DNA of 64,000 bases. It comes from Bryobacterales bacterium. GTDB taxonomy: Bacteria > Acidobacteriota > Terriglobia > Bryobacterales > UBA6623. The stretch is taken from the NCBI GenBank assembly GCA_965263255.1, contig CBDHHA010000008.1:3525987-3589986 (forward strand). Reading direction: 5' to 3'. This document shows positions 56,101-64,000 of this stretch, piece by piece. The notes below the pieces were generated by a model. It did not search any database and was not told the DNA's origin. It was given only the letters and a program-made list of their open reading frames with translations. The stretch's first letter is position 1. Each line of letters begins with the position of its first letter. A program made the translations under genes and the position numbers.

Positions 56101-57165
56101 ATGACTCCTGTGTCCGCTGGAGGGATGCTCGCGATCCTAGCTCTCGCGCTGCCCGCGGCCGGGCAGGAGCTCCTGCCGAATCCCTACGGGGAGGGCCAGC
56201 GCTGGGGCAACCTGCCTGCGGGCCGTGACTGGGGCTCAACGAGCGCGGTATTCCCCCACCGAGACTCGGAGGGCCAGCTGACGGGCAGCATCTGGGTCGC
56301 CGAGCGGTGCGCGGCCAGCCACTGCAGGGAAAGCGACCTGGATCCCGTCCTGCTGTTCGGCTCCGACGGCAAACTGCTTCTGAGCTTCGGGTCAGGTCAG
56401 TTCATCTGGCCTCACGGAATTCACGTCGACCATCAGGGCAATGTCTGGATCGCGGACGCAGTGCATACGGACTGCGAGACCGGACAGGAGGACGGCAGGG
56501 GTCACCAAGTGCACAAGTTCAGCCCGGCAGGAGAGCCCTTGATGAGACTGGGAACAGCAGGCGTGCCCGGGGAGGGGACAACCTCCTTCCGATGCCCTTC
56601 GGATGTGGCTGTCGCGAGGGACGGGACGGTCTTCGTGGGGGATGGCCACAATCACGGCCATGGCGGGAGCAACCGCATCGTCAAGTTCACGGCGGACGGC
56701 CATTTCGTCAGCGCGTGGGGCCGGGCAGGCTCGGGTCCAGGCGAGTTCCGGGGCATCCACGCCCTCGCGGTGGACTCGCAAGACAGGCTCTTCGTGGGTG
56801 ACCGCGCGAACCAACGGATCCAGATCCTAGACACCGACGGCAACCATCTGGCGACCTGGAGGCAGTTTGGCTCGCCAAGCGGGATCTACATCGACGAAGG
56901 CGACAAGATCTATGTCGCCGACTCGGATTCCGGCTACGACCCTGGCAACACGGGCAGTCCACGCAATCCGGGATTCCGGCGGGGAATCTACATTGGCGAC
57001 GCGCGCACAGGCACGGTCGAGGCGTTCATTCCCGACCCGGACCCAGACCTGAGCAGGGTCACAAGCGGGGCGGAAGGCGTGGCCGCTGTCGGGGACTCCG
57101 TGTTCGGTGCCCAAGTTGGCGGGTCCCGCGGCGTGCTGCGGTATTCCGCTCGCCGCCACCGCTGA
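56101..57165 (+). CDS. Secreted NHL-repeat six-bladed beta-propeller protein
   Basis: 354 aa with a signal peptide. The blades are PHGIHVDHQGNVWIAD, PSDVAVARDGTVFVGD, IHALAVDSQDRLFVGD and PSGIYIDEGDKIYVAD. Confidence 0.75.
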   Translation: MTPVSAGGMLAILALALPAAGQELLPNPYGEGQRWGNLPAGRDWGSTSAVFPHRDSEGQLTGSIWVAERCAASHCRESDLDPVLLFGSDGKLLLSFGSGQFIWPHGIHVDHQGNVWIADAVHTDCETGQEDGRGHQVHKFSPAGEPLMRLGTAGVPGEGTTSFRCPSDVAVARDGTVFVGDGHNHGHGGSNRIVKFTADGHFVSAWGRAGSGPGEFRGIHALAVDSQDRLFVGDRANQRIQILDTDGNHLATWRQFGSPSGIYIDEGDKIYVADSDSGYDPGNTGSPRNPGFRRGIYIGDARTGTVEAFIPDPDPDLSRVTSGAEGVAAVGDSVFGAQVGGSRGVLRYSARRHR

Positions 57166-57340
57166 CGGCTCGGCGGCCGAAGGGCGTCGAAGCCAGGGAC
57201 ACCGCCCCGAACGGCCGGCTTGGTCGTGGTCGGCTCTCGGTTCGTTCCGTAGGGGCGACAATGCCCTGAAGGGCACTCCCGCGTCGAATTGCCCGGCAGG
57301 CGGGGGCTCTGGTACCGTAACGGCTTGGGAATTCACCAGG

Positions 57341-57991
57341 ATGGAAAAACAGGACATCTTGAACAGGATCCTGAGTGTCGGCATCGTCCCGATCGTTCGC
57401 ACGGACACGGCGGCGCAGGCACTGCAGGCAATCGAGGCGATCGGGAATGCGGGCCTGCCCGTGGTGGAGGTCACGATGACCGTCCCGGGAGCACTGAAGA
57501 TACTTGAGACGGCTTGTGCCCGGTTCGGCAGCAACATGGTCATGGGAGCCGGAACCGTGCTGGACTCGGCCACGGCCAGGCAGTGCATTCTTGCGGGAGC
57601 GGAGTTCTGCGTGACGCCGTCGCTGGACGTCGGCACGATCGAGATGTGCAATCGCTATTCGAAGTGCGCCATTCCGGGAGCCCTCACCCCGACTGAGATC
57701 ATGACCGCCTGGGATGCAGGGGCGACGATGGTCAAGGTGTTCCCGGTGGGCGCGGTGGGCGGCGCAGACTACATCAAGGCAGTCAAGGCCCCGCTGCCAC
57801 AAGTAATGCTCGTCCCTACCGGTGGCGTCAGCATCGACAACGCCGCGTCTTTCTTCGAGGCAGGGGCAAGTGCCGTGGCAGTGGGCTCGGATATCGTCAG
57901 CAAGCGGTGGCTGATGGAGCGGGACTACAGGCGGATCGAGGCAGCGGCCCGGGGATTTCTGAACGCCGTGGCCCAGGCTCGCGCGGCCTGA
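57341..57991 (+). CDS. eda: 2-dehydro-3-deoxyphosphogluconate / 4-hydroxy-2-oxoglutarate aldolase
   Basis: ORF 57107..57991. The probable start is ATG 57341 (MEKQDILNRILSVGIVPIVR). It carries GLPVVEVTM, GAGTVLD, FCVTP, IPGALTPTEI, VKVFP and PTGGVS. Confidence 0.9.
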   Translation: MEKQDILNRILSVGIVPIVRTDTAAQALQAIEAIGNAGLPVVEVTMTVPGALKILETACARFGSNMVMGAGTVLDSATARQCILAGAEFCVTPSLDVGTIEMCNRYSKCAIPGALTPTEIMTAWDAGATMVKVFPVGAVGGADYIKAVKAPLPQVMLVPTGGVSIDNAASFFEAGASAVAVGSDIVSKRWLMERDYRRIEAAARGFLNAVAQARAA

Positions 57992-58000
57992 GATCGCCGG

Positions 58001-59023
58001 GTGGGCGACCCGATACTGGCCCAGCTCGGCGCGACACCGGCGATCGTGCTGGTGCGGCTGCGCTCGATGGGCGACACGGTCTTGTCGACACCGGCCTTTG
58101 CCCTGCTGCGCCGTAGCGTGCCAAGGGCGCGAATCCATGTCGTGATGGACGACCGATTCGCGGACGTGCTTGCAGGCCAGCCGGACATTGACGCTGTCCT
58201 GCAGCTGCCATCCCGTGGGGGCCTCGGAGTGAAGGCCCGATTGGTCCGCCAGATCAGGGCGCTCAGGCCAAGCCTCTGCCTGGACATGCACGGAGGGTCG
58301 ACGGCCGCATGGCTAACGGCACTCTCGGGCGCCAAATGGCGGGCCGGATTCCAGCACTTCCGCCAGGGCTGGGCCTACAACGTGCGGATACCGCGCGCTC
58401 AGCAGGTACTGCGGCGCGCCCCCGATGCCAGGGTCCATACGGCGGAGCATCACGCCGCTGCCATGGTCCATCTCGGAGCCCCGGCCGGCGAGATCCCCCG
58501 CTCCCGGCTCGCGGGCACCCCATCCCGCCGGCACCCGCCCTACGCGGTCATCCACCCCGGAGCGGCGTACCACACCAAAGCTTGGCCGGCCGACCGCTTC
58601 CGGGCAGTTGCCGGCGAACTCCGCGAGCGGCACGGACTGGCCCCAGTGTTCGTAGCGGGACCGGGAGACGAGGCAGCCGCACGGCAGCTGTCGGGCCTCG
58701 ACGTAAGGAGCGACCTGCCCGTGTCAGCGCTCTCTGCACTGCTGTCCGGAGCGCGCCTGTTCGTGGGCAACGATTCCGGTCCGGCGCATGTCGCAGCTGC
58801 CTATGGAGTGCCTTGCGTCGTGGTCTTCGGTTCGTCCGATTCGGGGGCTTGGCACCCCTGGAGGACACCGCACCGGGTAGTCGAGACGGACTGGGACTGC
58901 AAGCCTTGCCCGGGAGACCGCTGCTACGAGTACGACGAGCCGCGCTGCATCCTAACCGTCGAACTGGGGGACGTGTCCCAGGCGATTGGCGAGCTGCTGG
59001 CCGAGACCCGGTCAGCTAGCTGA
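58001..59023 (+). CDS. Glycosyltransferase family 9 (heptosyltransferase-like)
   Basis: 340 aa with a GTG start. ILVRLRSMGDTVLSTPAF, and the C-terminal motif LFVGNDSGPAHVAAAYGVPCVVVFG. Confidence 0.85.
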   Translation: MGDPILAQLGATPAIVLVRLRSMGDTVLSTPAFALLRRSVPRARIHVVMDDRFADVLAGQPDIDAVLQLPSRGGLGVKARLVRQIRALRPSLCLDMHGGSTAAWLTALSGAKWRAGFQHFRQGWAYNVRIPRAQQVLRRAPDARVHTAEHHAAAMVHLGAPAGEIPRSRLAGTPSRRHPPYAVIHPGAAYHTKAWPADRFRAVAGELRERHGLAPVFVAGPGDEAAARQLSGLDVRSDLPVSALSALLSGARLFVGNDSGPAHVAAAYGVPCVVVFGSSDSGAWHPWRTPHRVVETDWDCKPCPGDRCYEYDEPRCILTVELGDVSQAIGELLAETRSAS

Positions 59024-59642
59024 GCAGGTAAACGGCGGAATCGGCGCGCACGTTCGGCCATAGCCGCACCTGCCTGCCGTTCTTCAGGAAGCGGGCCTGT
59101 TCCGCGCGCAGGCCCTCGTGCTGCAGCAGGTCCTCGAAATCGAGGATCGTCAGCACGCGGATATTGGGAGAGTCGTACCACGCGAACGGAAGGTGGGCTG
59201 TTCGCGGGGCCCTTCCGGAGCGCAGCAGCGACAGCCGCACGGACCAGTGCCCGAAATTGGGGAAGACCACGATGATCCGGCGGGCGACGCGACGCATCTC
59301 GCGCAGCACTGCCAGCGGCTGCTGGACGACCTGCAAGGTCCGGCTGAGGATCACATAGTCGAAGCAGGCGTCGGGGTAGTCGGCCAGTCCCTGGTTGATG
59401 TCACCTTGGAACACCGACAGGCCCTGCTCGACGCACCTGCGGACCCTCTCGGGCGAGATCTCCACGCCGCGAGCCTGCACGCGCTTGTGCCGCACGAGCC
59501 AAGCGAGCAGGTCACCCTCACCGCAGCCGAGGTCCAGTACTCGCGACGAGTCCTCGATGAATTCGGAGATGATCCGGTGATCGAGCCGGGCGAGCAGTTC
59601 CGGGACCGGTCCCGTTTCGACCGTCGCTTCGGCTACGGGCAT
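59016..59642 (-). CDS. metW: MetW-like methyltransferase-fold protein
   Basis: 208 aa. RVLDLGCGEGDLLAWL, FDYVILSRTLQVVQQPLAVLREMRRVARRIIVVFPNFGHWSVR and LPFAWYDSPNIRVLTI closely resemble MetW. No metX is adjacent. Confidence 0.8.
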   Translation of the reverse strand: MPVAEATVETGPVPELLARLDHRIISEFIEDSSRVLDLGCGEGDLLAWLVRHKRVQARGVEISPERVRRCVEQGLSVFQGDINQGLADYPDACFDYVILSRTLQVVQQPLAVLREMRRVARRIIVVFPNFGHWSVRLSLLRSGRAPRTAHLPFAWYDSPNIRVLTILDFEDLLQHEGLRAEQARFLKNGRQVRLWPNVRADSAVYLLS

Positions 59643-59657
59643 GGGCGTAACCCCTGA

Positions 59658-60830
59658 TTATAGGGACGCGCCGGACGGCACGAGAATATCGACGCCGATC
59701 GCGTCGTGGTCGGACAACGGCGGGTTCCGGCCCTCCCGGAACTCGTGCAGCACGACCGGCGCGGTACCAGTCGCGTCCCGGACGGCGAACCAATCGATCT
59801 TCAGCGGACACTTGCCGTCGAATTCACGCAGCGCCCAGCGGATGAAGTCGAAACACCAGCGCGGAACCCACTCGCGGAGATTCTTGTAGGTCTTGGGGTC
59901 GTCTACGTCATAGGAGGTCGTCCGCTCGTCGAGGACATTGGTGCCGCGCCAGTCGAAGCGCCGCTCGTCAAGCAGCTGGAACAGGTCGCGCTCGAAACGG
60001 TTGTAGGGGCGAAGGAAGTGATTGCGGATCGTGTTGCTGGCACCCAGCATGACCCGCACCCAGTACCCGGCGATTGCCGTGGCTGCACTGGAAGAATCGA
60101 AGGTGGTGGTGTTCCAATCCCCGCCAATGACGGCCGGGCCGCTGGCCGGGAGCCCTTCGATCACCGCCCTCATCTGGTTCCGGCGATGGCGCTGGCTCGA
60201 CTGTGCATCGAGATGCACCGAGCATGCGGTCAGGTCCAGTCCCGGCAGCGCGATGTCGGCAACGACGGCGGCCTGCTGGCCCAGGCGCTTCTCCCGCCCG
60301 CGCATCTTGTCCTTGCCGTTGCCGAGCGGGATCGAGCGGGGATGCAGGATCGGATACCGGCTCAGGATGGCGTTCCCGTGCAATCCAAGCTCGTTCTCCC
60401 CTTGGACCTCGTTCTCGACGCCGGCTCCTTTGGCGAGGTTCAGGTAGCAGGGAGCAAACGCGTAATTCAGCCCCAGATCGCGAGCGAGGTCGCGGGCGAC
60501 GTTCCGGTTCCCCGAACGTGCCATGCCGACATCGGTCTCGGTGAGCAGGTAGATGTCCGCAGTCGAGAGGTACGGATGGGTCCGCAGCGACTGGATCTGG
60601 CCGTCGTACTGTATGCCGCGCTCGAGATTCCAGGCGACAATCCGGTACGAGGGCTTGGCAGGAGCCGCAGGGCCCGCGAAGCAGCCAGATTCCGTAGTCC
60701 CCAGCACGCGGTCCGCGGCAGGCTTCACCTCCTCGGTATGCGGAGCTTGCAAGGAGTTCCGGAGTCGACCGGCAACTCGCAAGCTCGGGGAACCGCGGGA
60801 GCAGATGGTCCCGCACCAGCAGGGCGACAT
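59658..60830 (-). CDS. Endonuclease/exonuclease/phosphatase (EEP) family protein
   Basis: 390-aa ORF with an uncertain start. YRIVAWNLERG, DIYLLTETD, GNAILSRYPI, and C-terminal LSDHDAIGVDI. Confidence 0.75.
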   Translation of the reverse strand: MSPCWCGTICSRGSPSLRVAGRLRNSLQAPHTEEVKPAADRVLGTTESGCFAGPAAPAKPSYRIVAWNLERGIQYDGQIQSLRTHPYLSTADIYLLTETDVGMARSGNRNVARDLARDLGLNYAFAPCYLNLAKGAGVENEVQGENELGLHGNAILSRYPILHPRSIPLGNGKDKMRGREKRLGQQAAVVADIALPGLDLTACSVHLDAQSSQRHRRNQMRAVIEGLPASGPAVIGGDWNTTTFDSSSAATAIAGYWVRVMLGASNTIRNHFLRPYNRFERDLFQLLDERRFDWRGTNVLDERTTSYDVDDPKTYKNLREWVPRWCFDFIRWALREFDGKCPLKIDWFAVRDATGTAPVVLHEFREGRNPPLSDHDAIGVDILVPSGASL

Positions 60831-60940
60831 CCTCGGGAGCGAGGTGGTCCCCGTGGGACGGCGCGAGCGGCGGACTGGTTCGCGTCTCCAAGTTCCAGTC
60901 TATCGGCGGGGTCGGGCCCGGCGGCGATAATTGGAAGTCG

Positions 60941-61657
60941 ATGGCATTGCGCCGAGTCTTCGTCGACCGGATCGAAGGCAGCGAGGCACTCGCGACGGGC
61001 CGCACTGCGCACCATCTGGCCCGGTCAGCGCGCCTGCGTCCTGGCGAGACGGTGGAGGTCTCGGACCAGTCGGCGGCCTACCGCGCGATTACGGCAGGCT
61101 GCTCTCCGACAGAAGTGCGGTTCCGGATCGTCGAGCAGCTGCCGGCAGCCGATCCTGCCGTCACTCTGGACGCGGCGCTGGCGATCATCAAGTTCCCGCG
61201 ATTCGACTGGGCGGTCGAGAAGCTGACTGAGTTCGGCGTGCGGTCAGTCATCCCGATCGTGGCAGCCCGCAGCGACGCGAAGCTCGTGGCAGCCGCTGGC
61301 AAGCGGGCGGAGCGCTGGCGGCGGATCGCGTTCGAGGCCGCGCAGCAGGCGCGATGCTTGGCCGCGCCGACGGTCAAGCCGCTAGTCTCGTTTGACGAGT
61401 TCATAGAGTCCTGCGAGAGCGACTCCCGCATCTTGGCCGTGCCCGGGGGACTGCCGATGCGGGCCCCGTCGTTCCGGGAGTCGTGCGCATTTCTTGTCGG
61501 CCCCGAGGGTGGCTGGACGGACGAGGAGCAGCGGCTAGCGCAAGGCAGGGGATTCGTTCCGACTGGCCTCAGCGGGACGGTCCTGCGGTCGGAGACCGCC
61601 GCGGTCGCGCTGGCAGCCATCGGTACCGGAAGATGCGCGGGGGACGGCACCCAGTGA
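60941..61657 (+). CDS. rsmE: 16S rRNA (uracil1498-N3)-methyltransferase
   Basis: 238 aa. MALRRVFVD, KFPRFDWAVEKLTEFGV, FLVGPEGGWTDEE and GTVLRSETAAVAALA. Confidence 0.9.
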   Translation: MALRRVFVDRIEGSEALATGRTAHHLARSARLRPGETVEVSDQSAAYRAITAGCSPTEVRFRIVEQLPAADPAVTLDAALAIIKFPRFDWAVEKLTEFGVRSVIPIVAARSDAKLVAAAGKRAERWRRIAFEAAQQARCLAAPTVKPLVSFDEFIESCESDSRILAVPGGLPMRAPSFRESCAFLVGPEGGWTDEEQRLAQGRGFVPTGLSGTVLRSETAAVALAAIGTGRCAGDGTQ

Positions 61658-61677
61658 ACGAATCCGGGGCCGACCGC

Positions 61678-62244
61678 ATGCAGCGATGCATCGAGCGGTT
61701 TGACGCCGCCAACGCCGAGGATCCAAACAGAGAGCCGGACGGACTGCCGAAGGAACTGGCCTACTCGCAGAGGATGACCGCCTGGCTGGAGAGGCTCGCG
61801 CCGGACGCGCCCGACGAGGTGAAGCTGGCGGTTCGCGCCCAGCACATCCGTCGGTGGGAGATTCCGCGGAACAGCTACCCGCAGGGCCGGGCCGCTTACC
61901 TGCGGTGGCGGAAGGAGCTAGGCCGCTTCCACGCGGACACGGCTGGGGCCATCATGCGAGATTGCGGGTACGGCGCCGAGATGGTCGCTAGAGTGCAGGC
62001 GATCATCCGCAAGGAGCGCTACAAAGCCGATCCGTGGGCGCAGCTGCTGGAGGACGTTGCGTGCCTGGTGTTCCTGGAGTTCTATTTCGAGGCGTTCTCC
62101 GGCGAGCAGAGCGAAGAGAGCATGGTCAATATCCTGCGCCGGACATGGCGCAAGATGTCGGTGCGCGGGCACGAAGCTGCCGGGACGATCAGCTACACTC
62201 CTCGCTGCGCGGCCTTGCTCAAGGCGGCATTGGGTTCGGAGTAG
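61678..62244 (+). CDS. DUF4202 domain protein
   Basis: ORF 61483..62244. The start is either ATG 61678 (MQRCIERFDAANAEDPN) or GTG 61654, which overlaps the rsmE stop. LAVRAQHIRRWEIPRNSYPQGRAAYLRWRKEL...LEDVACLVFLEFYF matches my recollection of DUF4202. Confidence 0.7.
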   Translation: MQRCIERFDAANAEDPNREPDGLPKELAYSQRMTAWLERLAPDAPDEVKLAVRAQHIRRWEIPRNSYPQGRAAYLRWRKELGRFHADTAGAIMRDCGYGAEMVARVQAIIRKERYKADPWAQLLEDVACLVFLEFYFEAFSGEQSEESMVNILRRTWRKMSVRGHEAAGTISYTPRCAALLKAALGSE

Positions 62245-62253
62245 GAGGGAACG

Positions 62254-62722
62254 GCGACAATCAGCCGCCCGTTGAACTGACGGACTGCCGGGGTGCAAGC
62301 TGACAGGCAGCCGACCGCCGGCCTGACAATCAGCCGCCCGTTGAACTGACGGACTGCCGAGGCGCAAGCTGACAGGCAGCCGACCGCCGGCCTGACAATC
62401 AGCCGCCCGTTGAACTGACGGACTGCCGAGGTGCAAGCTGACAGGCAGCCGACCGCCGGCCTGACAATCAGCCGCCCGTTGAACTGACGGACTGCCGAGG
62501 TGCAAGCTGACAGGCAGCCGACCGCCGGCCTGACAATCAGCCGCCCGTTGAACTGACGGACTGCCGAGGTGCAAGCTGACAGGCAGCCGACCGCTGGCCT
62601 GACAATCAGCCGCCCGTTGAACTGACGGACTGCCGAGGTGCAAGCTGACAGGCAGCCGACCGCTGGCCTGACAATCAGCCGCCCGTTGAACTGACGGACT
62701 GCCGAGGTGTAAGCTGACAGGC
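62254..62722. repeat. 69-bp tandem direct repeat, about 6.8 near-identical copies, each unit made of three 23-bp sub-repeats
   Basis: Units start at 62254 (5' end degenerate), 62323, 62392, 62461, 62530, 62599 and 62668 (truncated after CTGACAGGC at 62722). The consensus is CTGACAATCAGCCGCCCGTTGAA|CTGACGGACTGCCGAGGTGCAAG|CTGACAGGCAGCCGACCGCCGGC. Only about 5 variable sites occur across all copies. Confidence 0.97.
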
Positions 62723-62811
62723 GTCTTAGGGTTAGCTCCCTCCGGCTCCCGAGGTTCTCCCTGACAGCCAGTCGCAAGTTCCAGTTTCCTGCGCCCTTGC
62801 CGGACGCGACC

Positions 62812-64000
62812 GTGATCCCGCGGTACGCCGCGAAGCTGCTCGAGGAGTCGCTCGCGGACTCTCCAGTCACGCTCATCCAGGGCCCCCGTCAATGCGGCAA
62901 GAGCACCCTCGCACAGCTGGTAGCCGAGCCGCTGGGCTACGGCTACCTCAGCTTCGACGATCATGCCATCAGGGAGGCCGCGGTACGCGACCCGTCGGGC
63001 TTCATGGGCGCCCTTCCGGACAGGATGGTGCTGGACGAGGTGCAGCGTGTTCCAGAACTGTTCCTGTCGGTGAAGATCGCCGTCGACAGGCAGCGCACCC
63101 CAGGCCGGTTCATTCTCACCGGTTCGACCAACGTGCTGCTAACCCCCGGGCTGGCCGACTCGCTCGCAGGCAGGATGGAGACCGTCCAGCTGCATCCGTT
63201 GTCCCAAAGAGAAATCGAGCGCAGCACCGCAACCACCTTCGTCGAGAGGCTGTTCGCCGGATCGTTCGGGATCAGCCCCGCCGAGCGTCTTGGTGACAGC
63301 CTCGCGGAGCGGGTGGCCGCAGGCGGGTACCCGGCGGCACTCGCCCGTTCCCCGAGGCGGAGACCGGCCTGGTATCGCGATTATGTCAACGGCCTGATGC
63401 AGTCAGACGCCCGCGACATGGCGAGCATTCGCTCGCTCGAAACCCTGCCCAGGCTGCTGGCGGCGGCCGCCTCCCAGACTGCCCAGCTGTTCAATCTCTC
63501 GGATCTGGCATCGCCATTCCAAGTCAGCCGCAACACCATCCGCGACTACTTCATCCTCATCGAGCGGCTGTTTCTCGCCAGCAGGCTCCCCTCCTGGCAC
63601 AGCAACCTGATGAGCAGGCTGGTCAAGGCCCCGAAGGTTCACGTCGGCGACACTGGCGTCGCATGCGCGCTGATGGGTGCGGGACCAGCAACGCTGCGGG
63701 CAAACCGGTCCGTGCTGGGAGGATTGCTCGAGACATTCGTGCTGCAGGAACTGCGCAGGCAGGCGGAGTGCCTGGCCGGGCCGTACTCGTTCTTCCACTT
63801 TCGCGACCGCGACGGTGCGGAGGCCGACATCGTAATCGAGCAGGGGGCTCTCAACGTGGCAGGCGTCGAGGTCAAGGCGGGGGCGACGGTCTTCTCGTCC
63901 GATTTCTCGGGGTTGCGGAAACTCAAGGCTGCCGCCGGAAGCCGCTTCGCCTGCGGAGTGGTGCTGTACGACGGCGAGGCGAGCGTGGGCTTCGGCGAGC
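62812..64000 (+). CDS. AAA+ ATPase with DUF4143-like C-terminal domain (3' end outside window)
   Basis: This frame is open from 62713 to the window end and is absent from the ORF track. The likely start is GTG 62812 (VIPRYAAKLLEESLADSPVTLIQGPRQCGKSTL). Walker A is GPRQCGKST, Walker B-like is MVLDEVQRVPELF, followed by ILTGSTN. The C-terminal region is FVLQELRRQ...FHFRDRDGAEADIVIE...GVEVKAG. Confidence 0.85.
   Translation, partial: MIPRYAAKLLEESLADSPVTLIQGPRQCGKSTLAQLVAEPLGYGYLSFDDHAIREAAVRDPSGFMGALPDRMVLDEVQRVPELFLSVKIAVDRQRTPGRFILTGSTNVLLTPGLADSLAGRMETVQLHPLSQREIERSTATTFVERLFAGSFGISPAERLGDSLAERVAAGGYPAALARSPRRRPAWYRDYVNGLMQSDARDMASIRSLETLPRLLAAAASQTAQLFNLSDLASPFQVSRNTIRDYFILIERLFLASRLPSWHSNLMSRLVKAPKVHVGDTGVACALMGAGPATLRANRSVLGGLLETFVLQELRRQAECLAGPYSFFHFRDRDGAEADIVIEQGALNVAGVEVKAGATVFSSDFSGLRKLKAAAGSRFACGVVLYDGEASVGFGE

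Noticed and set aside
62254-62722. CRISPR array
   Set aside because: The whole 69-bp unit repeats head-to-tail with no unique spacers between repeats. No cas genes or leader are nearby.
62254-62722. Plasmid-type iteron origin of replication
   Set aside because: The phasing is iteron-like, but there is no rep, par or dnaA-box context. The contig carries core chromosomal genes (ffh, ribosomal proteins, tRNA). I keep it only as a generic protein-binding-array hypothesis.
61918-62964. Long minus-strand ORFs (61918..62964 and 62193..62876) encoding 23-aa peptide repeats through the tandem array
   Set aside because: They stay open only because the unit length (69) is a multiple of 3. They overlap the well-supported DUF4202 and AAA+ ATPase genes on the opposite strand. 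They have no recognisable start context.

Overview
High-GC (roughly two-thirds G+C by eye) chromosomal segment with about 55 protein-coding genes and one tRNA. I saw no rRNA, CRISPR array, transposase or integrase. The gene families present suggest an Acidobacteriota-like or PVC-like organism; this is an inference, not a search result. Those families are TonB-dependent receptors with a carboxypeptidase-regulatory-like N-terminus, CRTAC1/ASPIC-UnbV proteins, DUF1501, a PVC-type heme-binding dehydrogenase, and several Cys-type sulfatases. The core backbone is the conserved ffh-rpsP-KH-rimM-trmD-rplS cluster (10.2-14.2 kb, minus strand), plus mmsA, maeB, tctCBA, eda, rsmE and tRNA-Arg(ACG). The rest is exported or periplasmic carbohydrate and redox machinery. 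Items worth a second look: (1) An AhpE-like peroxiredoxin has an in-frame TGA exactly at the peroxidatic-cysteine position, followed 15 nt later by a GC-rich hairpin. This makes it a candidate Tat-exported selenoprotein that the ORF track splits into two ORFs. (2) A near-perfect 69-bp tandem repeat of about 6.8 copies lies at 62254-62722. Each unit is three degenerate 23-bp sub-repeats (CTGACrrnCwGCCG), and the array sits just upstream of an AAA+/DUF4143 ATPase gene. (3) A diverged tandem segmental duplication copied the 3' end of maeB, now a decayed remnant, together with the downstream hypothetical gene. (4) Two single-nucleotide frameshifts disrupt a thiolase and a Kelch-repeat gene. These are either pseudogenes or assembly errors. 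(5) An uncharacterised exported/membrane cluster contains a DUF6152-like protein with a His-His mature N-terminus, two tandem 4-TM paralogues and a cytochrome c'-like lipoprotein. All functional calls come from motif recognition by eye; no database search was run.
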